DNA from: Octopus vulgaris
Lineage: Eukaryota
Reading direction: 5' to 3'
DNA: 64,000 nucleotides
NCBI GenBank assembly: GCA_951406725.2
Contig: OX597822.1
Coordinates: 79,360,001 to 79,424,000 of the forward strand
In this document: positions 53,105 to 64,000 of the stretch, in pieces
Numbering within the stretch: the first letter of the stretch is position 1
Layout of the letters: the number at the start of each line of letters is the position of its first letter
The notes under the pieces: generated by a model
Told to the model about the DNA's origin: nothing
The model's input: the letters and a program-made list of their open reading frames with translations, nothing else
Database searches by the model: none
Made by a program: the position numbers and the translations under genes

Positions 53105-54267
53105 ACACACACACATTGGACTGTGCCATACTTTTTCAATTTGGGTCAAGATGGAAAAGAATGGCGCAATCAAGACAGAATCGGATGCGCATTGTGATCA
53201 GCGGTGTTTAACACCATCTGATTGTCTGGTCCATACTGTAACACCGTAATATATATATATATATGTGTGTGTGTATGCATGTATTTATAAATGTTTACAC
53301 GTATATCTTACCCCTCACTCTCTATTACATGTATAAATGTATGTTTGTGTATACACATACGTATATATGCATGTATGCATGCACGTATGTATGTATGTAT
53401 GTATGTATGTATGTATTAATGTATGTGCATACATATAGGCAGCACGTTCAAACAACGTACGTATCTATTGATAAATGATAAATACAATATTTTTGGAATC
53501 GTCAACAAGTGTCCCCAATTTCCTTTCATTTTCTCATCTTCCTCCCTCTCCTTCCCTTCCTCCTCCTCGCCTTCTCTTCCTCCTCCTCCTCACCTTCCTT
53601 CTCTTGTTTCTTCCTTCCCCTCCTCTTCCCTCTTCTGTTTCTCCCCCTCCTCCACTTCCTCTCTCTTCCTCCTCCCCTTCCTCCTTCCTCCCCTTATGTC
53701 CCCTATTTCCTTTCCTCTTCCCTCTCCGCCATCTCCTCCTCCGTCCCCTCCTCCTCCTTCATCTTCCTCCTCCCCTTCCTCCTCCTACTTCCCAATCACT
53801 TCCCTATCTCTCCCTTTCCTTTCTCATAAAAGGGAACCCAAAAATTACCACCACCACCACCACTACCACCTCCTCCTCCTCCCCTCCTCTTCCTCCTCCT
53901 CCACCTCCACCACCTCCACCTCTTCTTCTTTTTCAACAATCACCACCACTTATACTACTCCCACCAGCATCATCACTAGCACCGGCAGCAGCAGTATCAG
54001 CAGCAGCAGCAGCACCACCACCACCACCACTACCACTACCACCACCACGACAATTACTACTACTACTACTACTACTACTACTAGTGTGGTAGCAGCTGGC
54101 AAAGGTCTCGTTACCACGTTGCAGTATTGGGGTTGCGTTTGTGTAAAGTCTATATATATATATACATCTGTGGCGTATATATGTGTGCGTTTAAGTGTGT
54201 GCATGTGTGTGTGTGTGTGTGTGTGCGTGCGTGCGGGTTTGTATCTGGACCTGTGTTGTTTGTTGGT

Positions 54268-54309
<42 letters not shown>

Positions 54310-54701
54310 CGAGAGAGAGAGAGAGAGTATGTATTGTTACACAAGTGCGAAATGTTCATTGTGTGTCAAGAAGGACATTGCTGTCAGTACAACGCCACCT
54401 CCCTGCTTTTTTTGAGGGCTGCTCATCCGCCATTGATTCCCAGCTGACACCTAAGCCTTCCCCAGTTTTCCCATGAACCGTCTGTATGCGGCAGCTCACC
54501 CCCGCCGGCTAAGGACATTGGCAAAGCGGCAAAAACCGGGTTGTATGTTACCGACAAGTCCTAAACTTTCAATCAATACTTTTTGCCGAACCGCTAAGTT
54601 ATAGGGGATTTAAACAAACCATCACTGGTTGTCCAAGCAGCTGGGTTGGAGGACAAACATCAATATACAAGCATGCACACCAGATATATATCTGAGATCT
54701 G

Positions 54702-55027
54702 AGACCCCCTTCGGTCATGACTGACCATGGGATTGCACCTAGGAAGTTACCCTCCCAAGCTCAAGTCCAGGCAAGGTTGTTTATGGAAGACCAGCAGTCG
54801 CCCATGCACACCAACCTCCCCTCTCCACGCCACCAGTGTTATCAAAGAGAAAGGCAAAGGGGCCGATACAGCTTGACACCAGTGACATCGCAACTCATTT
54901 CTACAGCTGAGTGAGCTGGAGCAACGTGAAATAAAGTGTCTTGCTCAAGTACACAACACGCAGCCCGGTCCGGGATTCGAACTCACAACCTCACGATTGT
55001 AAGCTCGACGCTCTAACCACTGAGCCA
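54702..55027 (-). mobile_element. SINE family C (tail Y)
   Basis: Reverse copy of 21975-22300. Confidence 0.9.
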
Positions 55028-55033
55028 ATAAAA

Positions 55034-55187
<154 letters not shown>

Positions 55188-55207
55188 TGCACAACAAATA
55201 TTTAAAC

Positions 55208-55283
<76 letters not shown>

Positions 55284-55287
<4 letters not shown>

Positions 55288-56466
55288 TTTGATACTTTGA
55301 TACTTTGATAGGTTTCGGCCATTATTGGCCCAGGCCATGTCTAACTTAATAGCACCACCTGGTGAAGTCTTTCAAGTCAGAATTTGGGCACTATGGCCCA
55401 CTCAAGTAGAGAGTTATTGTTTACAGAGACATATCCGGGTGTAGGGGGTTTATCCGGGATTTCTTGAAGGAATCTGTCCAAAGACTTCTTGAACCCTATA
55501 GGGTCAGTTTCTGTTTTAATGTGTTTTGGTGTAATGTTAAAGAGAGCGGGGCCAATTGAGGTGAAATAATTGTGCCGTATTGTTGTTATGAGATGAGAGT
55601 GCGATTTTTGTTTTGGGCGGATGGCACGGGGCCCAAGCCTTGGATGTACCTTAAAGGTGATGCCAACATCATTTGGGCAATGCTGATGGAATATTTTCCA
55701 CATCATGCAGATGATGTAGCGCTCACGACGACGAATAGAGTTTTAGCTTTTCTAGCCGACCCCAATAGTCGAGGCCTGTCATGCCATCTATCTTTTTTGT
55801 GATTGCCCTTTGAGGTGCTTCAACTTTTATGATACCTTGTATTGTGTGGGGAGACCACAGTGGACAACAGTATTCAAGGTGGGGTCGGGCAAAAGTGGAG
55901 AAGAGAAGGATAATGGTGTGGATATCTCTCGACTGGAAAGTTCTGAGAATCCAGGAACACATTCTGCGGGCCATGTCAACTTTGGTGTTTATATGAGTGG
56001 CCCAGCTTACGTTGTTGTCCACAATTACTCCCAAGTCTCTGATGTTGTTGGACGCCGCGAGAGTTTCACCTGAAGGAAGGGAGTATGGGAGTTTCAGGGC
56101 ATCCTCTTTTCCAAAGTGGATTAGCTCAAATTTATCCTCGTTCAGCAGCATATTGTTTTTTTCTGCCCATTGGATAACAGCCAGTAGATCTGACTGAAGG
56201 CATGTCCGGTCACTCGCCTCATTTATGACCTTCTGTAGCTTGGAGTCATCTGCAAAGATTTTTATGTTGCTGTGCTTGATGATGTCATTAATGTCATTAA
56301 TGTAAATGATGAAAAGAAGTGGGCCCAGCACAGTGCCTTGCGGAACGCCACTATTGACTTTGGCTGGGCTTGATTTTACCCCTTCAACTACAACATGTTG
56401 AGATCTGTCTGTCAGGAAACACTTAATCCATTTCAGTAACTTTCCAGAGACACCAATGTTGGATAG
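55284..56466 (-). mobile_element. 5'-truncated CR1/L2-group LINE (RT C-terminal half plus 3' UTR), little degraded
   Basis: SGVPQGTVLGPLLFIIYIND, FADDSKL, DLGVIVD, RPHLEYCCPLWSP. One frameshift near 55735, stop at 55377, 3' tail (ATCAAAGT)x3. Confidence 0.92.
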
Positions 56467-56482
56467 TTAGATAGTTAGATAT

Positions 56483-56567
<85 letters not shown>

Positions 56568-57763
56568 GAGAGAGAGAGAGAGAGTTGTGTGGTGTGTGTA
56601 TTTGTATATCTGTAATTGTGTTTTTTCCTAACAAATTTCATTATAAACAATGTCGATGTCATCATCCAACATCGTCGTCTACGTAATCGGCGTCGTCGCC
56701 ATCGTCACATACGTCGCCGTCGTCACATACGTCGCCGTCGTCATATACGTCATCATCGTCGTAGTGGTGGTAGTTAACTAAAACAAAGCATTATCCCATG
56801 TTTACTCTCTTCAACTCCTGTCCACTGATCGTGTCTCTAATTATTAAATTTGACATAGCTACACAAATATGCACCCCGACTTTGTTTCCTCATACCTTTC
56901 CAAACTTAGATATTTAATAACGAAATTTTTTTACAAATATCCTTCACATTGTGTAGATCCCGATTATATCGGAATTTGTTGTGAAAATTTTTTCCGAGGG
57001 GGGGGGGGGGAATTTCGGAAAATTCACACGAATCGGCTTTGTTTCCTCATAACTTTCAGAAAAATGGTTAATTGTTTTCTAATGAGAATTTCTACAAACA
57101 ACCTTTCAGAGTGTGTAAATGACGGTTATATCGGAATTCAATATGAGAAAAAATTCATATATCTACAAATTCCTTATGTCTACAAAATAAAACTTGAAAT
57201 TTCGCAAAAAAAAAAAAAAAAAAATGTGATAGACGCAGGAGTGGCTGTGTGGTAAGAAGCTTGTGTGGTAAGGCGGCGAGCTGGCAGAAACGTTAAGGGA
57301 TTAGACTCCAATTCTTCTGGTGCTTTATTTTTTATGAGTTTATGAAAGGCAAAAACTGACCTCAGCGGGATTTGAACTCAGAACGTAAAGTGCCAGAACA
57401 AATCCCTACAAAAGATTTTTTAATGACACTCTAAGGATTCTGAATATCTCCCTAAATCCCCAATTCCTCCACGTCCTCCACCGATTCTCGTCGTCCTCCC
57501 CCTTCTCATCATCATGAACAATAACAATATGTTAATTAAAAAAAAAATTAAATGCAAGTAAATTTAGCGAATTGACAGAGAGAGAAAGAAAGCGGGAAAG
57601 GGAGGAAGAGATACAAAGAGAAAGAAAGAGAGAGATTGAGAGTGAGAGCAAGTGAGGGAGAGTGAGAGAGAGAGTGAGGGAGAGTGAGGGAGAGTGAGGG
57701 AGAGTTAGAGAGAGAGTTATGATAGTATCAGTGGCTTGGAGTAAAGCGACAAGTTGGCAGGAA

Positions 57764-58162
57764 AGGCGGCGAGCTGGCAGAACCGTTAGCACGCCGGGCG
57801 AAATGCGTAGCCGTATTTCGTCTGTCGTTACGTTCCGAGTTCAAATTCCGCCAAGGTCGACTTTGCCTTTCATCTTTCGGGGTCGATAAATTAAGTACCA
57901 GTTACGCACTGGGGTCGATGTAATCGACTTAATTCGTTTGTCTGTCCTTGTTAGTCCCCTCTATGTTTAGCCCCTTGTGGGTAATAAAGAAACATATATT
58001 TGTGAAGGCGGCGAGCTGGCAGAAACGTTAGCACGTCGGGCGAAATGCTTAGCGGTATTTTGTCTGCCACTACGTTCCGAGTTCAAATTCCGCTGAGGTC
58101 GACTTTGCCTTTCATCGTTTCGGGGTCGATAAATTAAGCACCAGCTACGCACTGGGGTCAAT
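57764..58162 (+). mobile_element. Two adjacent SINE family A copies
   Basis: Full copy at 57764-57992 ending 'aataaagaaaca', then a 3'-truncated copy from 58004. Confidence 0.9.
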
Positions 58163-58369
58163 GTTTAGAGTGGTGCAGATGTATTTCGTCAGGTGATAAA
58201 TAAATACAACTCGTTAAAATGACAGTTCCGTAATGTAACTTTTCGTTTTGTAGAAAGAAATGCAGCCAGACCGAGGAAATATCTTCATTTATATAGAAGA
58301 TCAAAAATAAAATCACAGATGGCAAAAAGAGAAACGAACACACATCCAGCGAGAAAAATATTATATATA

Positions 58370-58783
58370 AGGCGCAGGAGTGGCTGTGTGGTAAGTAGCT
58401 TGCTAACCAACCACATGGTTCCGGGTTCAGTCCCACTGCGTGGCATCTTGGGCAAGTGTCTTCTGCTATAGCCCCGGGCTGACCAATGCCTTGTGAGTGG
58501 ATTTGGTAGACGGAAACTGAAAGAAGCCTGTCGTATATATGTATATATATATATAAGTGTGTGTGTATATGTTTGTGTGTCTGTGTTTGTCCCCCTAGCA
58601 TTACTTGAAAACCGATGCTGGTGTGTTTACGTCCCCGTCACTTAGCGGTTCGACAAAAGAGACCGATAGAATAAGTACTGGGCTTACAAAGAATAAGTCC
58701 CGGGGTCGATTTGCTCGACTAAAGACGGTGCTCCAGCATGGCCGCAGTCAAATGACTGAAACAAGTAAAAGAGTAAAAGAGTA
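58370..58783 (+). mobile_element. SINE family B, full length
   Basis: Nearly identical to 22796-23243. Confidence 0.92.
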
Positions 58784-58823
58784 TATCTGTAAATCTAATA
58801 TGTGACAATTATTCGGTAGCCAA

Positions 58824-58882
58824 GATAAAACTGAGTTTCAGATGCCAAGGTGGAAATCCACACCACCATCTCTTCAGTTATC
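58824..58882 (-). ncRNA. Type I hammerhead-like motif with intact core, inside an inverted repeat (58784-58948)
   Basis: Reverse strand reads gataa-CTGAAGA-gatg...catct-GAAAC-tca-GTT-ttatc. Confidence 0.7.
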
Positions 58883-59032
58883 CGGTATCCGAAACTCAGA
58901 GTTCTATCTTGGCTACCAAATGATTGTCACATATTACATTTACAGATAAATTCCTCTATTTACATAATATTGAGGTCCCTATCTTTCTTTTGTTATCTTA
59001 CCGTTTTTACCAATATATATATATATATATAT

Positions 59033-59308
59033 AGTGGTTAGGGCAGGAGACTCGCCGTTGTAGGATCGCGGTTTCGATTCCCAGACCGGACGTTGTGAGT
59101 GTTTATTGAGTGAAAACACCTAAAGCTCCACGCGGCGATCCCTGCTGTACTCTTTCGCCACAACTTTCTCTCACTTTTTCTTCTGTTGGCCTGCTCGCTT
59201 AGCCAGCGGTGTGGCGTCATTTAAAGGCTAAAACAATGCGAAGCGCATTGTGACCAGCGATGTGTAGCAACATCTGACAGCCTGGTCGGTCACGGTGATC
59301 ACGGTGAT
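59033..59308 (+). mobile_element. SINE with family D head and RTE-derived tail W
   Basis: Head as at 51164; tail 'gcgcattgtgaccagcgatgt...ctggtcggtcacggtgatcacggtga' matches 30358-30424. Confidence 0.85.
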
Positions 59309-61271
59309 ATATATATATATATATATGTGTATATATATACTAAAGATATATATATATATATGTATATATATTAAATATGTATATATGTATATATGTATTA
59401 AATATATATGTATATATATATTTATAAATATATACATGCACATACAAATATGAGGATAAGCATATTAAAAGGGGTCCGTGGGAAAACTCATTTAAATAAA
59501 AGGGGTCCTTGATAGTGAAAAGGTTGGGAACCACTGGTTTAGAGAGTGCTTCATTGGTAGAGAGAGATAAGACAGAGGTGATGTTAATGGTGGTGGTGGC
59601 GGCGTGTAATGAGAGGCGGACGGACGGAGAGACGGTTGTGTGAGATAGAGAAAGAGAGACTGTTTAACAAAAAGAAAAAGAAGGGTCATAAAGATATGAG
59701 GGATAGTGAGAGGTAAGTGAAAGCAAGGTAGTTGAAGTGGTTCACAGAAAAGGAAAACCGTCTTTAGGGAGAACAATAATGTCGTTTTAGAAAAAATGTG
59801 TCTTTGTATCTGCGTTTGTCCCTCACCACCGCTTGATAAGCGGTGTTGGTGTGATTACGTCCGAGTAACTTAGCGGTTCAGCAAAACAACCCGGCAGAAT
59901 AAATATTAGATTTAAAAGAGAAAATAGTGCATTCGACTAAAAATTCTTCAAGGCGGTACCCCAGGATGAAACAAATAAAAGATGAAAGATAAAGAAAAAA
60001 TAAGAGAGAGAGGAGCAGTTTCGTAGAGTAGGAGGCAAACAAAAATGAAACGAGTGGCGGTGGGTGTGTATTGAGAAAAGAGTTGTGTTGATAGTGAGAG
60101 GAAGACGTGGAGGGAGAATAGAGATGAAAGAAAGAATTATTAATGTAGGCATTGGAAGAAATAAAACACACACACACAGACATGTTCGCACTGGGCGTAA
60201 GGGAAAAGGAAACTCTAAAGATAGAATAAGACACAGCTCATATGTGACTGGTTGTTTTAGGTAGAAAGTCAAGTAGATGAGTAAAGCAGACATAAAGGGA
60301 TAAATATTCTACATATACAAAAATGAGGAGAACCACTGATGAGAAGACGAACATGCTACATACACCGAGACACAGATGTACAGAAGTACAAAACAGAAAA
60401 GAGAGAAAGAAAGATGAAAATAAGATATAACGTAGTTTATGAGTTGGAAGAAAAAGAAAGAGAAACATAAAAACCCAGAAACAGGACATCAAAACAGTGA
60501 GAGAGAGAGAGAGAAGGGGGGGGGGAGAGATGGTAAGTGTGAGAAAGTGAGTTGTCCATCTGCAACCATCGCAACAATAAGAATTAAAGAGAAGTTATGT
60601 ATTTCAAAATAAGAGGTCAAAATATAGCTTTCAAATCAGTTGCTAAATGTAAAATCCATATATACATTGCTACATGTTCTGCCAAGTAAGTTATAATAAG
60701 GCAAAATATATTTGAAAGAACTACAGAAAATGATATTTCAATATTTTTATTCCTACAGCTGTTTCAATAATTCTTATATCACACCACAAGAGAATTTATT
60801 TTTTGCTCTTATATATAAATTGAAAGTAGAAAATAGGAAAAGTAATAGCAAATATAGACATTAAGAGATAAATAATTAGAACATGAGGTTAGAAGGTCTA
60901 TGTAGAATTTTTGACCAGAATGTATCTTGTCTATCAAATACATAGCAGTATCACGTGAGCACGTGATCGCCAAGACTATCGGATGTTGTTATACATCGCT
61001 GGTCATATATATATATATATGGAAGAGGGCGGTGGTGAATTTTTTAAATTCTCTCTTCCCCGACAAACGTACATCTGACAGTTTGGAAGTATTTTGCACC
61101 CCGAGAAACCTTAAGTGATATATATATATATATGTATATGTATGCGTGTGTGTGTGTATGTGTGTATACATATGTATACATATATATACATATACAAATA
61201 TATGTATATATATGTATACATATGTATACATGTATATATACATACATACATGCTTGCATACATGCATACAT

Positions 61272-61316
<45 letters not shown>

Positions 61317-61328
61317 TATATATATATA

Positions 61329-62313
61329 CTAGCATTAAAGACCCGTCGTTGCTGGGTCATAGTGCTAGTGCATGTATATATGTGTATATATATATGTGTG
61401 TACATATTACATGTACGTCTATATATATACATCTACACATAAAATACAAAATACAAAGTTATATCTTGATATCGCTAGTGATAACAATACTCAAAATATA
61501 TAACAGACTGGAATTGTTAGCCCGTCTCTTGTAATTTCGATCAACTGTATCTTGTCCTCCCTCTTGTATAGAAGTGTGGCTACAATCCAGCCTACCTCTA
61601 CTTCTGGGGATGGGGGGCTTTAAAATTTTTTTCCGGGACGTCCTACGTCCCAGATATAAAGGTAAATATAAAATATTTCCACTTTGCAAGTTCGAGTCGA
61701 GTACTCCCTTGCACGCTCCGTTGACTCGAACCTTGCTTCTATTGTGGCGAATTTACCGCCTCTGATTAGATGTCTGATTAGATTGCACCAAGACACTTTT
61801 CGAAGGTGCTTTCCTCCATGTGTTCAAATCTTCTTTTTTCTCTACATTGTATACTTTATAGACAATAGTCTTTTCTTTAATTTAATTTTTTATTATCCAT
61901 CTGGACTATTCCATTTCTGCACGCTAATTTTATTTTTAATTTATTCCCATTCCTGTGAACCCACTTATTCAAGTTCAAGTCATTGATGCAATTTTATACC
62001 AATTGCTATTTTTACTTTTGTTATGTTACGATTATATTATAGTTTGATTTTAATTATTACTTACTACATATAATTCAATTGTTATTATTATTTCTATTGT
62101 TAAAGTGAAAGTATCTGACATAAAATAGAGAAATGTTTTTGTTTCACTTTTAACAAGTAGTACTGAAATAGTGGAGAAGATATGATATTGCTATGGGCTC
62201 GCTCTAGGCAAGAAGTTGAACTTTTTTTTTGCCCATGAAACTACATGGACCCTAAGTAAGGCATGTGTAAAATTTGAATGAAATTGGTTGTGTAGTTCTC
62301 AAGTTTTAGGGAA

Positions 62314-62373
<60 letters not shown>

Positions 62374-62396
62374 TCTCAGTTTTATATATATAAAGA
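61329..62396 (-). mobile_element. Helitron-like termini, possibly one non-autonomous element
   Basis: 5' A|TCTTTATATATATAAAA at 62396; 3' hairpin gaccc...gggtc then CTAG|T at 61329. Whether the two ends belong together is uncertain. Confidence 0.45.
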
Positions 62397-62780
62397 TATC
62401 ACTTAAAGTTTCTTGGGCTGCAGACTACTTCCAAACTGTCGGGGAAGAGAGAATTTAAAAGAAATTCAAAGTGTATTTGACTTGAACAAGAAACCCGTAG
62501 ATCATCAAGCCTCATGCAAACTAAACTGAGAATTAACATAACATGACGTCACTGTGGCTGTGGAAAAGGAGCCGTGCTATTAACCGTAACCAACTGGAGA
62601 GTGTCCAAGAATAAGGACACAAAACTCTAAGTAACAAAATGCTGTGAGGTGGGGCATTAACGTTGTATGTTATCTAAAATATTATGTTATTTGTTTTTAC
62701 TTTATTACTTTATGTGTAATTTACGCGTATGTTATCACACTGACAAAGACATTACGAACTAAATATCTGTGTGTGTGTCA

Positions 62781-62848
<68 letters not shown>

Positions 62849-62880
62849 GCTGAACCGCTAAGTTACTCGGACGTAATCTG

Positions 62881-62949
<69 letters not shown>

Positions 62950-64000
62950 GTGTATATGTGCGAGTGTGTGTCTGTGTATAATTTAAATAATTATCTATCT
63001 GTGTGATGTGTGTGTGTGTGTGTTAGTAACTTAAATAATTTGTTGTTTGTCTTGCTATGTAAATGAACCGCACCGCACACAATCTTATTCACACGTTGGA
63101 TAAACAACTCCACGCAGCTCTCTTTCGCTGATTTGAAAGGCAAACGTAAGCAATCTCTGATGAGTTTTAAGAAAGACGAAACTAGTCGACCCAAACATTG
63201 TAAACTCCCATTAAAAGGAATTGGGCCACTTGGTTAAGCCACCAGGCATAATTCTGTACCGACATTAAATATGTACTTATTAAACATATGCATATGACAC
63301 CGTATCCATCAAACCATACACACATACATGCATGCACTCGCATATATATGTATATAAGTGTGTATGTGTGTATAATTAGATTATAGGTGTGTGTATGTCA
63401 TATACAGTCTTTCCTTGATATCTTACTCCACACTTCAGGTATTGCACAAGGCTTGTATAAGTGGTGTAATTGTGTCTAAGTAGTTTATGACCGATTAAAA
63501 ACCTAGCTAGTCCCACTTCTCGTAGATGTAAATGAGTGGGAGCGAGGCAAGTGTCTTCTTGAATTCTGTATGAAGACATTATCTTCATTGAGTGTCCTCC
63601 TGACCCGATTAGATTCTTGAGATTCACGAGCTACGTGCATACATAATAAAAACAGGAATACCAATATATTCCTTCACACGTACTATAAAATTATTTTTTT
63701 CAAAATATATCAGTCGTAGAAGATAAAAACATTTGGGGTGTAACAAAATCAGGGTAGGTCTGATATGTGTTCTCGACGCCAAATTGTTTGCTGCGCATTT
63801 TTAGACTTTTAATTTTTAGTTAACGTATATTATATTCTTTCTGAAATGTACCGGTGCCATCTCTCTCTTTCTTTATCTCTGATTGTCAGTCTATCTGTCT
63901 GACTATTTGTCTATCTGTCTGCTTGTCTGTCTATGTCTGTCTGCCTGCCTGCCTGCCTGCTTACCTGTCTATCTGTATGTCTGCCTGTGTGTGTGTCTCT

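Overview
AT-rich eukaryotic intronic or intergenic DNA, saturated with microsatellites ((TA)n, (CA)n, (TATC)n, (ATGT)n, (TAA)n, trinucleotide runs) and interspersed repeats. The repeat landscape resembles an octopus/coleoid cephalopod genome; this is an inference and no search was run. I recognise no host protein-coding gene, and nearly all listed ORFs are microsatellite or SINE read-throughs. Real coding remnants are all from transposons: R4/Dong-type RLE non-LTR elements, L1/Tx1-type endonuclease and C-terminal fragments, RTE 3' ends, a young CR1/L2-group RT fragment and a mariner fragment. Four tRNA-headed SINE families (my labels A-D) recur. Highlights: (1) about 11 type-I hammerhead-ribozyme-like motifs with the short, mostly palindromic stem III described for Penelope-like elements, many inside 160-350 bp inverted repeats, one with a compensatory U3-A8 core; (2) apparent partitioning of microsatellite targets, with Dong-like ends stacked in (TAA)n and tandem Tx1-like ends in (TATC)n; (3) SINE heads and tails recombined, with two tails traceable to LINE 3' ends in this window. 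Coordinates were counted by eye and element ends may be off by several bases.
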